A stretch of DNA of 64,000 nucleotides from Lysobacterales bacterium (GTDB lineage Bacteria > Pseudomonadota > Gammaproteobacteria > Xanthomonadales > SZUA-5), in NCBI GenBank assembly GCA_022844165.1, contig JALHMH010000004.1:32001-96000 (forward strand). The letters run 5' to 3'. A model generated the notes under the pieces. That model was not told the origin of the DNA. It searched no databases and was given only the letters and a program-made list of their open reading frames with translations. A program made the position numbers and the translations under genes. Positions 1 through 9,072 of the stretch are shown here, piece by piece (positions within the stretch are counted from its first letter, which is position 1; every line of letters begins with the position of its first letter).

Positions 1-212
1 ATTGGCTTTCAAGCGATTCGTCCATACGCTGTTGAGTCCTTTCTTGCGACCGATCCTGCATCGAGAGCGCAAGTGACCGGATTCCCTCGAGTTGGCGCTC
101 AATCACCGACCAGGGAATCGAGTATGAAATCGGCCAATCCAATCAATTGCGCAACGGATGACGCAACCGCCTCGGGCTCGGACGCGGGCAAGTGCCTTCT
201 CCCATTCAGATA

Positions 213-292
213 GGGCCGGCGGCGGAAACCGCGCGGACGGATCGCGGCACGGTCATTGGATTCGGCGCGCGTGTTCCGCCCTACGTCTGCTG
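213..292 (-). repeat. GTAG-type REP element (partial copy)
   Basis: Near-identical to 16516-16595 and 6988-7065; ends in ...GTTCCGCCCTAC (GTAG on minus strand) with an internal palindrome. Confidence 0.8.
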
Positions 293-315
293 CGGCGTTC
301 TTGATGCGCGACCCG

Positions 316-1059
316 TCATTTCGATCGAACTGTTGACCAGCTCGGCGTCGGCGCTGCGAGGTCAGGTTCGAATCCGTTGGCGAGAAATCCATCGTCGAAG
401 CGCACATCGTCGAGCATGTAGTTGCCGACGCCCGATGGCTGCAGCCGAGTCACGAATGCGCGATCGAAAGCTTGCGCGCTGACCACGCCGACGAAGCGCA
501 CCGTAGAATCGAACGCTGTTGTCACTTCATCGACGCCGACCACATCGTCGCCGTTACGTAACTCGATGCGCATTCGACTCGGCGCAGCGCCGCTGGAATC
601 GCAACCCACGCACTGCAGCGTCATGCCCAATGAGCGCGTCGGGTGCGCGAATACCAGCGCAAAATCGCGCCAATTCACCAGCACATAGTTGGGCGGCGAT
701 GCCTGGCCTTGAAAGACGGTCGAGTGTTGATCGCTGCTGATGCTCGGCGCGTTCGGAAACTCGACACCGCTCAGCACCACACCCGGCGTGAGCAGTGGCG
801 CCAGCGCGCCCGCCGTTAGCCGATCGAAGCCCTCCGCCCGTTGCTGCGGCGCCGCCTGCGCAAAGGCTTGGAGATTCGTGAAGGTCGTCGTTTGCGTGCC
901 TGCCGCACTCGCGGTTGCGCTATCCGCGCCGGATCCGCCAAAGACAGCCGCACGATCGACGGGCAGGTTCGACAAGAAGACAGCTTCTGCAGATGCCGCA
1001 AAACCGCTGATGAGGGCAGCCAGCACAGCGCAACTGGAAAGGGATCGGGATACTCTCAT
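316..1059 (-). CDS. Secreted protein with near-terminal FxNGFE motif
   Basis: 247-aa ORF, signal-peptide-like N-terminus (..FAASAEA), DDGFLANGFE close to the C-terminus. Confidence 0.75.
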   Translation of the reverse strand: MRVSRSLSSCAVLAALISGFAASAEAVFLSNLPVDRAAVFGGSGADSATASAAGTQTTTFTNLQAFAQAAPQQRAEGFDRLTAGALAPLLTPGVVLSGVEFPNAPSISSDQHSTVFQGQASPPNYVLVNWRDFALVFAHPTRSLGMTLQCVGCDSSGAAPSRMRIELRNGDDVVGVDEVTTAFDSTVRFVGVVSAQAFDRAFVTRLQPSGVGNYMLDDVRFDDGFLANGFEPDLAAPTPSWSTVRSK

Positions 1060-1099
1060 GGCGACTTTTGGAGCAATGGTATCGGCACAGCGGCCAACG

Positions 1100-1225
1100 A
1101 TATCCAGATACTAGGAAAGCTCGCCTGAATCGCTCAGCGTCGAACCCAGCACGAAGCCGGTGGATGTTCAACCGCGATGAAGCTAACCAGCGTGGCAAAC
1201 TTCATAGATACCAATGTTTTGATCG
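1100..1225 (+). pseudogene. Remnant of VapBC-like antitoxin end and PIN toxin start
   Basis: ..FNRDEANQR overlaps SVANFIDTNVLI (PIN N-terminal DTN motif), which then breaks off. Confidence 0.5.
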
Positions 1226-1542
1226 CCGCCGTTGTCGGTGTAGAACGCCGAGAAGCGAATCCCCGAGCCGTTGTCGTAGCGCCCACGAAGCGCAAACCCC
1301 AGCCGACCATCCAGGTTGGGCCCGAAGGGTTGGGTGCCGTCGACGCGTTGCGCGCCGAACCGCCGCGGGTCGCGAAGCGAGGGCAGTGGCAGCAGCGGCA
1401 GCGCCTCGCCATACACCGAGAGTCGATTGTTGTCTGCATCGTGAAGATTGCGCGCGGCTGCGTTCAGCAGCTTGACGATATCGCCGCGCACTGGCGCATG
1501 CGCCTTGAGGCGTCCAATACGCGCCAGGTTTTCAAGCGTCAT
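1183..1542 (-). pseudogene. Truncated HEPN-like toxin N-terminus fused to an unrelated fragment
   Basis: MTLENLARIGRLKAH...LLNAAARNLHDA is typical of MNT-partner proteins; sequence character changes after RLS. Confidence 0.5.
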
Positions 1543-2133
1543 CGAGGGCTCCGATCAATGGCAGAGTGGGATCCCGCAGAACGCGAGCGATAAAGCCATC
1601 GTCCTGACGCCGCTGCTCGAATTCTGCGCGGTGCATCACCAGCGGGTTGACCTCACGCCCCAGGCGCTCATGGCACTGATAGAGCGCTGCGACCACGTCG
1701 GCGAAGCTTGCGTCACCGACAATCAGCACATCGATATCGCTGCGGGGGCCTTCCTCACCCTTGGCACCGAGCCGAACACAAAGGCCAGTTCGATCTCGTG
1801 AGTCAATGGCGCCAAAGCCTCGCGCAGCACATCAGTCAGTCCTACCGATTTGCGCAGTATCGATTGCAACTCAGCGAAGATCGGACAGTCGCGCCGAGCT
1901 TGGTAATGCACCTGATTGCCGACGCGGCGCGAATGCACCAGGCCAGCCGTTTCCAGGCGCTTGAGCTCGCGGTGGGCAGTGCCGGCATTGACACCAGCGA
2001 GCCGCTCCAGTTCGCGCAGATGAAAGGACTGGTCAGGGCGCATGAGCAACACGGCGAGCAGCCGCAAATGATAGGCCGCGAAAAGAAGTGCCGCTGGCGT
2101 GGTCGGCGAGGCGCGATGAGCGGATGAGTTCAT
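1532..2133 (-). pseudogene. HTH-MNT nucleotidyltransferase antitoxin, frameshifted near 1765
   Basis: Winged HTH, then FVFGSV / frameshift / SDIDVLIVG...LGREVNP; the GSxxxG..SDxD motif is restored by adding 1 nt. Confidence 0.8.
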
Positions 2134-2213
2134 ATGGACAACGATTGTTGTCCATTCGACAAATCAGCGCAAGGTTTCGATGACTGTGCCGTGGGTCTTG
2201 CCGTCAGCCGCAG

Positions 2214-2459
2214 CTATTTGAAAACTTCGAATAACTGAGCCCTCATCCAGTTCGCTGTCCTCGTACACCTTTTCAGGCGGTAGTTGATCGTCGGGACTTG
2301 GACGTCAAAAAGTTGCGCCATCATTTTCTGGCTCAGCCAGACGTTCTCGTCTGCGTAAATCGCCTCGACACCGCTTGTGCCACTGGCCGCGACGAAGGTC
2401 AGGTATTCGGCGGCTGAAGAGCGCACGAGCGCATTGGCGGTCTTCTTCTTGATCGTCAT
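2214..2459 (-). pseudogene. RhuM-family protein N-terminal fragment
   Basis: RSSAAEYLTFVAA..VEAIYADENVWLSQKMMAQLFDV matches the RhuM N-terminus; truncated. Confidence 0.75.
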
Positions 2460-2554
2460 GCGGGCTCAGAACCAGAGGTCTTGAACGAGGGCGGTCGAAA
2501 TAGCCAGCCTCGTCGGCGGGTGATCCGCCACAACGGCGACGATGATAAATACCA

Positions 2555-3259
2555 TCAAGCCCAGGTCAGAGTGGCCATGTAACCCAAGCCGGCCACTAAC
2601 ACCGTTGCGCCCAAACCAAGAAATCCCCAGCGCAGCCTCGTTTTGAAGACCAACGACAAACCGGCGAAGAACAAGGACACAGTGAAGATGACCACGGCCA
2701 AAGAGAACTGGTCGCCCTTGGTATTGGCGTCGTTCCCTTCTTCGAAACGCTTGTCGGCGGCGGCGAACTCGGCGGCGCTGTCGGCAAACAACTCATCAAC
2801 ATAATCCGAGGAGAGATCGTTTACCAATGCGTTCTCCAAATGCTCTGGCGTCAGGACAGCCTCCGCATTTCCGTCCCAGTAGGCTTTGCGCACCTCTTCG
2901 GGCAAGCCGAGATGCATGTAGGCGGTGGCGGACAGCTGCGAGATCAGCATCCAGCTGGCCATTCCGGCGCTGCGGCCGGCCTGATCCTCGTCCTCGATTT
3001 CGCGCGACTCCCAAATCAGCTCTTTGGTGCGACGTTCGATGTCCACGTCGTTGTCGTAGGTGGACTGTTCATTGTTGAAGGTGGTCGATGCGCTGGTGGT
3101 CATCGCCGTGGCAGCGCTATAGGCTTGCACGCTCAGCCCACCCCAAAGGTTGTTTTGGTGGCCGGCGACCGAGGCCGCAGTGGCGCCGAGGCCCAGCAGG
3201 ATTGCGGCGGTCAGTTCGAAGGGGTCGAACGGCTTTTTCTCGTCTTGCGATTGGCTCAT
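2555..3259 (-). CDS. Membrane protein (DUF4337-like layout: 1 N-terminal TM, helical middle, 2 C-terminal TM)
   Basis: ATG at 3259 (MSQSQDEKK); hydrophobic segments at both ends. Confidence 0.7.
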   Translation of the reverse strand: MSQSQDEKKPFDPFELTAAILLGLGATAASVAGHQNNLWGGLSVQAYSAATAMTTSASTTFNNEQSTYDNDVDIERRTKELIWESREIEDEDQAGRSAGMASWMLISQLSATAYMHLGLPEEVRKAYWDGNAEAVLTPEHLENALVNDLSSDYVDELFADSAAEFAAADKRFEEGNDANTKGDQFSLAVVIFTVSLFFAGLSLVFKTRLRWGFLGLGATVLVAGLGYMATLTWA

Positions 3260-3397
3260 GGCAGGCCTTTGGTAGCGATGTGAATTGCGCGAGGCGCAGA
3301 CGGATTCTGCGCGAATACGGCGAGTCGCGCAGAACCTTGACGCGCGCGGAGGTAGTCTGCGGGTCCGACCTTGCCCCATCAACTACGCTGGCACCGA

Positions 3398-3598
3398 ATG
3401 ACTCCGTTGATCGATTGCCAATCGCTCCGCCACGCGTTTGGCTACCACCAAGTGCTGAAGGGTCTCACCTGGCGCGTTTCGCCGGGTGAACGTGTGGGCT
3501 CTTTGGGCGTAACGGCTGCGGCAAGAGTACGTTGTTGAAGGGTCTTGTTGGCCTGTTCAAGTTCGACGGTGGGCAGGCGACCGTGCTCGGTGAGCCTA
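3398..3598 (+). pseudogene. ABC transporter ATPase N-terminal remnant
   Basis: MTPLIDCQSL..VLKGLTWRVSPGERVG / frameshift / LGRNGCGKSTLLK (Walker A), then truncated. Confidence 0.7.
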
Positions 3599-3946
3599 GT
3601 GTGGTGTGTTGCAAATACCCTGGACCATTTCCGCGCCTTTTGACCCGAATACGTCGTTGTTCGTCGTCGCCATAGCGCTGCTATGCCTCCTCCTCTCGCC
3701 TAGTCTCGGGCCAAAATGCATCGGAACTTAGTTCAAGGTATCGCAGCGATCACAGTTCTGGTGACAGTTCGCGGTTGGACGAAACCGTGCTCACCGCCGT
3801 TGATGCTGCAGCGGGACAAGTATTCCTAAGGGCGATCATGTGAACAAAGTGCGAGTGCGCCCTGCCGTTCGATGCAGCTGCCGCCTGACAGGGCGGCAGC
3901 GAACGCGATATCGAAGCGGTCCAGAAGTTGATTGTGCTCACTGGGC

Positions 3947-4143
3947 TCAGCACGTCAGCAAGCTCACATCATTGATGACGAACGAGGTTTGCAACGTACC
4001 GCCTTCGGTGCATTCGAAGTGCAAGCGCACGGTTTGGCCCTTGTACGGAAGCTGGCGGAAGCTGCGTTCCACGTCGCCCGACGTTTTGGTCAAGTTCGAG
4101 TGGCTGGCCAGGGTTGTGAGAGCACAATCCCGCGTTACCGTTC
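3947..4143 (-). pseudogene. Degenerate C-terminal beta-sandwich domain of a secreted peptidase
   Basis: TLASHSNLTKTSG..YKGQTVRLHFECTE..LQTSFVINDVSL*; no start or catalytic part. Confidence 0.5.
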
Positions 4144-4196
4144 AGCGCATGTCGGCGCCCACGATGTCCACCACCAGCGCGCGCGCGGTCTGGTCC
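3996..4196 (+). repeat. Direct repeat A, copy 1 (pairs with 23750-23950)
   Basis: 201 bp, about 6 mismatches by hand count; includes the 3' end of the cupin gene. Confidence 0.95.
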
Positions 4197-4287
4197 ATCC
4201 CGGTTGGAGTCTTTGCTCCAGACGTCACGGCTCGAAGCTTCAACACGTGGTTTGCGGGAACGCGAGGAATGACGAGGCTGTGCTGCC

Positions 4288-4672
4288 CATCGGGCCGGAG
4301 GCTCTCGGACTCGACCGTGCTACGGACGTTAGCATGGCTACTTCTCGTGGATCGGATGGATGTCCGCTGGCGAGTCAGTCAGGGGTGCCGCAACTGGCTT
4401 CAGGGACAAAGACTCGGTCGCATAGTCGATCACGGCGGCATGGGCGTCAAATACGTCCGCCCCGAGAATTACCTCGACATCGGCCGACCCATTTGCTCGG
4501 AGCGGTGCATTCACGTGCTCGAAATCTAACCCGGCAGAGCCCGCCAGCCGCGGGATAAAGGACCCAAGCTGCAAGACCGCCCCCTCGACCCAGTACTGAT
4601 CAAGCGCGCCGCCGGCACCGGCTGCCTCGCGGTTCAACCACGTTGTGCGAAGACCGATGCTCCGAACCACCG
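4288..4672 (+). repeat. Direct repeat B, copy 1 (pairs with 22294-22677)
   Basis: About 385 bp, roughly 95% identical; 3' part of the aspartyl protease gene. Confidence 0.95.
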
Positions 4673-4907
4673 TCTGTGGAGACGTTCGCATCACAAACAC
4701 GGCTCGATTCAGACGAGATCGCGTGACATAGGAAAGAACGCTTCTCCCGGTGTACGCCTTGAAAACCCGATGAAAGTGAAACGGCGAGAAGTTCGCGACA
4801 CGGGCGAGCGCGTCGAGGGAGAGGTCCGAATCTGGATGGCGATCGATATGGTCGATGACCCGATCCAGGCGATGCCGGAACTCGGCGAGGGCGGCGTCAG
4901 ATTTCAC
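4338..4907 (-). CDS. Chimeric ORF: AraC-type HTH N-terminus fused in frame to an aspartyl protease C-terminus
   Basis: LSLDALARVANFSPFHFHRVFKAYTG (AraC HTH), then VVRSIGLRTT..LGADVF as in 22343-22834 but without DTGA. Confidence 0.75.
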   Translation of the reverse strand: MKSDAALAEFRHRLDRVIDHIDRHPDSDLSLDALARVANFSPFHFHRVFKAYTGRSVLSYVTRSRLNRAVFVMRTSPQTVVRSIGLRTTWLNREAAGAGGALDQYWVEGAVLQLGSFIPRLAGSAGLDFEHVNAPLRANGSADVEVILGADVFDAHAAVIDYATESLSLKPVAAPLTDSPADIHPIHEK

Positions 4908-5680
4908 GGCGTGGCGAGTTTGGTTTCCAGGTCGATGAGACGTTGCGCCAATCGGTCATGGCCGGCTTCGCGCGCGAAGTCGCTGGCCAGTTTGCCTTCC
5001 TCGTTGCGCGCCAACGGGTCGGCGCCGAACATCAGGAGCATGGCGACCGCCGGCAGACTACCCGCGGCGGAAGCCTCGTGCAGCGGCCTCATCAAGCGCT
5101 GCTGGGCGAGATTGGGGTCCGCGCCCGACTCCAGGAGCAGGGAAAGCGTCGATAGGTCCGATCGTGCGACGGCGGCGTGGATGGGCCCCACCTGCAGGCT
5201 GTTGCTGGCTTTTGCATCGAGATCAGCCCCGGCGTCGATGAGCAGCTTCGCGGCGGCCGGCTCGCGGAAAAAGACGCTCAGGCCCAAGGGCGTGAACCCG
5301 TCGACTGCTCGCTGATTCACGTCCACACCTCGGGCCAGAAAGCGCCGGAGCGTTGGAAGATCTCCAACCACGCAGGCCTCAAAGAAATCCAGATCGGTAA
5401 CTTTACCGCGCAGATAGTCGACCATGGCTGGCTGCTCGCGGTAGGCCGCAAATAGCAGCGGCGAGAGCCCCTCTTCGGAGCGTCGCGAGGCCTCCGCCGG
5501 GTCTTGCTCGATCAGGGACCGTAGTTCGTTGAGGTTGTTGCTTCGGATCGCTTCAAAAGCGGGCAGCTCCGCGGCTCGAATCGCGCCCGAAAAAAGCAGC
5601 GCAAGCACGGCCAGAGCGTTGAGCACCCGAGCGTTGGGCATCAGACAGTGGAGCAGGGAACCGGTAACACGCATGTTCAT
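4904..5680 (-). CDS. Ankyrin-repeat protein, probably exported
   Basis: GGAGG RBS before ATG 5680; GLSPLLFAA, GFTPLGLS, PIHAAV, PLHEAS repeats. Confidence 0.85.
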   Translation of the reverse strand: MNMRVTGSLLHCLMPNARVLNALAVLALLFSGAIRAAELPAFEAIRSNNLNELRSLIEQDPAEASRRSEEGLSPLLFAAYREQPAMVDYLRGKVTDLDFFEACVVGDLPTLRRFLARGVDVNQRAVDGFTPLGLSVFFREPAAAKLLIDAGADLDAKASNSLQVGPIHAAVARSDLSTLSLLLESGADPNLAQQRLMRPLHEASAAGSLPAVAMLLMFGADPLARNEEGKLASDFAREAGHDRLAQRLIDLETKLATP

Positions 5681-5978
5681 TCTTTCCTCCGTTCGGACGT
5701 GTGCGGCTGAGACGACGGGCTCCACCCGGGTGGAGCACGGGCGGCGTCCGGCAACATACGAACCGTCGGGGCGATTTTCACTACCCGAGCGCGTACGGGC
5801 GCTTTCGCTCGGTGATGTGCTGGAACGCCGGCGCCTCAGCTCCATTGAAGCGCGCCGACGTCGGGCTCGCGTTGCTTACGTTCGAAAGTCTTTCGAGGCC
5901 ACGCGCCTGGGCACCATCGAAGCGTACCTTCCGGCGGCTTTGTAGTCGCTCAGGCCGGCATGAGGAAACAATGGTACG

Positions 5979-6317
5979 TCAGCCGATCAAGAGAGCGATG
6001 CAATGGCGCAATGTTCGTTGGTCGTCGTCTGCCAGGCGGCCGAGCGATTTGCGAATGAGCTTGGCCTCCATGGTGAACAGGATCGGCTTGATGATGCCGG
6101 GCAACAGGAGACCGGCGGCGGTGATGTCGGTGATGTGGACGTCTCCGAACCGAGTCGATTTCTGGTTCTGGCTGGTGATGGGCATCAATATCAAATCCGG
6201 CCGTTCGCGCTGGTAACGCGCGGAGTTGACTACGACGGAGGGTCGCTGCTTGCCGCCAGTCTGGTCCGTGAACGGGAAGGGCACCAGTACTACATCGCCG
6301 AAGTCATAGCCGGTCAT
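5979..6317 (-). CDS. PemK/MazF-family toxin
   Basis: FGDVVLVPFPFTDQTGGKQRPSVVV...LILMPITS. Confidence 0.9.
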   Translation of the reverse strand: MTGYDFGDVVLVPFPFTDQTGGKQRPSVVVNSARYQRERPDLILMPITSQNQKSTRFGDVHITDITAAGLLLPGIIKPILFTMEAKLIRKSLGRLADDDQRTLRHCIALLIG

Positions 6318-6504
6318 ACGCGGCGTCAGTCTCGTTGGTCCAGAGCGTTGCCAACGAGGCTTCACTAACGGCTTGGGTGGCGCGGACCAAGCGACGTTCT
6401 TGCTCGCGAGAGGCGATGAAGTCAACGAAGTCGACGACCTCTTCGAGTCGCTCCTGAGGCAACTGTGCCAGCTGCATGGTGATGTGTTCGATCGCGGTGC
6501 TCAT
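6304..6504 (-). CDS. Cognate antitoxin (DUF2281-like)
   Basis: 66 aa, LPQERLEEVVDFVDFI..SEASLATLW..DAAYDRL; overlaps the toxin start. Confidence 0.85.
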   Translation of the reverse strand: MSTAIEHITMQLAQLPQERLEEVVDFVDFIASREQERRLVRATQAVSEASLATLWTNETDAAYDRL

Positions 6505-6584
6505 TGGGGGCGGCGCTCGATCCGGTCTGATGGATCCAATGATAACGCGCCGCAGACCACTTCCCGACCAGGGCCGGCAGGCGC

Positions 6585-6901
6585 TACAACGGGGCCGCCC
6601 GACTCAGGAGTAGCATCGTGCAATCGTTCTCGATCACCAGACCCTAGGGCGCATTACGGATCGCTGAGTCAATGACCAAAGAACTCAAAACCTTTGTTAC
6701 CGCCTGGCGCGAGGTCTCGCCGATCCTGGAAGCGATGCGCGATGAGGAACTGCGCTCCACGCCGCTGCCGGTGGCGATGGCGCAGCTGTCCAGCATGATC
6801 GACTCTGCCGTGTTCTTGAAGCCGCTATCGAACACCTCGGGTCTGGTCGAAATGCAGCGCATTTTCGCCAAGCTGCGATGAACGTTCTGATCGATGCGGC
6901 G
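6585..6901 (+). repeat. Direct repeat C, copy 1 (pairs with 20285-20601)
   Basis: 317 bp, about 17 mismatches; carries a 69-aa gene and the first 8 codons (MNVLIDAA) of the nucleotidyltransferase. Confidence 0.95.
6672..6881 (+). CDS. Small protein, putative partner of the nucleotidyltransferase (copy 1)
   Basis: 69 aa, near-identical to 20372-20581; its downstream partner is truncated here. Confidence 0.65.
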   Translation: MTKELKTFVTAWREVSPILEAMRDEELRSTPLPVAMAQLSSMIDSAVFLKPLSNTSGLVEMQRIFAKLR

Positions 6902-6960
6902 GACCAGTTCGAACGACTGGTGGCGCGGGTGCGCTCGACGCCTTGACGGGCCGTCAGGCC

Positions 6961-7125
6961 CACGGCACGACGAACGATGGTTGTCGCGGGCCGGCGGCGG
7001 AAACCGCGCGGACAGATCGCGGCACGGTCATGGTATTCGGCGCGCGGGTTCCGCCCTACGTCTGCACACCGCGGACGGCGTGTAGGGTGGAACCCGCACA
7101 AGCTTCATCGTGCGGATTCCGCCGT
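6961..7125. repeat. BIME/REPIN-like pair of GTAG-type REPs (repeat D, copy 1)
   Basis: ..GGTTCCGCCCTAC ending 7059 and GTAGGGTGGAACCCGCAC..GTGCGGATTCCGCC from 7082. Confidence 0.85.
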
Positions 7126-8848
7126 CAGGCGCTCGGCGCCAGGCGAGTCCAAACCCGTTGACCCAGATCCAGCTCGAACATTGCGTCGTTGTTGTTATGC
7201 GCATCATCGCCATGGTCGATGCGACCACCGAATACGCGAATGCGCCCGGCCGTCGTCAGCACGGCGCGATGTTTGTAGATCGATCCTGGAGCGTCGCCGC
7301 TGGTTTCCAGTCGGGTGATGCGCAGCGTGCGCGTATCGAGTGCGAACACGGGCGTCTCGCTCTGAACACGCTGGTGCTGATAGCCGAGCGAACCGATGAG
7401 GTAAATCGTGTCGCCCACGAGCGTGGCCGTGTGGAAATCGGTCGGCGGAAAAACGTCCGCTGGATAGCCGTAGATTTCGATGCGGCCATCCGGGTAGTGC
7501 ACAAACACATCGTTGTAGATGCAGAAGTCCGGGTCGTAGCCATCCTCGTGCTCGCCCGCTATCTGGATGATTCGCCCGTCGGCAGAAAACTGATCGACTG
7601 ACCGAATCGCTCCGCGCACCACACCGGATGCTCAATGGACGACGGTTTGTCGCTGAACTGCGTTCGCGCCAGCCATGCACTGATCCCGGATCGCACCATG
7701 GCCATCCAGAATGGATCGTCCATGCGCTCCGGGTTGCTGGTGCCGAAGCGCCGCTGCGCGCCGCGCGAGAAGGCCTCAGGCGTCGCATCGAAATGGCGCA
7801 CACTGGGTTCGGCGGGCAGTCCAACCAGCGCACGCCGAATCTCGAACTGCAGGTTGTTCGGGTCCGCGCCGGCGTCGAGCAACGCCCGTGCCGTGGTCGC
7901 CTCACGACAGCAGTACAGTGCGTTGAGATGGCCCTGATGTTGATCCGGATCCTGCCCGTCATCGAGCAGCGCTCGGACCGCTTCGAAGCAGCCGCTCTCA
8001 CACGCGCAGGCTAACGCCGACGTGCCGAATTCATCCGTGTCCAGCAATGAGAAGCCTTGCTCGACCAGCCAAGACAACATCGCGACGTTTTGCATTTCGA
8101 TGGCATAGAAAACCGCCGGCTTGCCACAACGTCCACGGGCGTTGCGCGCCACACCATGCAGCAACAACAGCTCAACCTTGTGCTGATCGCCCGTTTGAAT
8201 CGCCAGCAGCAACGGCGTGCGCTCCCAGCCGTCCCGCCCTTCCGCATCTTCGCCTGCATCCAGGGCCGCGTTGACCTCCGCCAACGTGCCGAGCGCGATC
8301 GCTCGATGCAGCGCCGACCATTCCAGCGGCGTCGGACGCGCGCCGGCCGCCAGCAAACAACGCACGCCTTCGAAGTGGCCGATGTTCGACAGGACCGACA
8401 AGGCGGATTCGCCATATCGGGTGACCACATCCAGCTTCGCGCCGCGCTCGATCAGCAAAGTCAGCAAGGGCAGCAGCTCTTCTGGCGTTCGCCCGGTGGC
8501 GCTACACGCAGCGTCAATCAGCACAGAGTAGCCATTGCGCGAGGCGTGAATGTCCGCACCCGCATCCAGCAGCAATCGCGCCTTGCGAACATCGCAAGCC
8601 GCCAACGCAAACGACAGCGGCGTGCGGCCGCGGTCGTATTCGCGCTGCGCGCCGATGTTCACCGCTGCGCCTGCGTCGATCAGCGCCCTTACGATCTCGG
8701 GACCCGCTTGCGCGCTGCTCGCGGCAATCATCAGCGGCGTCAAGCCGGCTTCGTCGAAGCGATCGATTGCGTCGCCGTTTGCGAGCGCAATAACGCCTTC
8801 GATATCGCCGACTTCCGCGGCGCGATGTAGTTCGTACTGTGGCTTCAT
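7125..8848 (-). pseudogene. Ankyrin-repeat protein with Kelch-like C-terminus, 1-nt frameshift near 7580
   Basis: Many ankyrin repeats; RFGQSISFLP continues as DGRIIQIAGEHED..DFHTATLVG..IYLIG in another frame. Confidence 0.8.
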
Positions 8849-9072
8849 TCGGAAAACGGGAGGCGGCAACAGGTGAGTGTAGCGCTGAAGGTTGGTGCGC
8901 ATCGATCGTTTGCCGCAGAGGTAAACGCTGTGACGGTCTTCGGGGACTGAGAGTCGGCGAGCTTGGGTCATGCGGCAATCATGACCTCGTACCAAGGCCG
9001 TATCTGTCGGACTAGCGCTGGAGTTCGTGTCAGAATCTTCCAACAGCTGACGGCTGTCCGCGATCGATTCTG

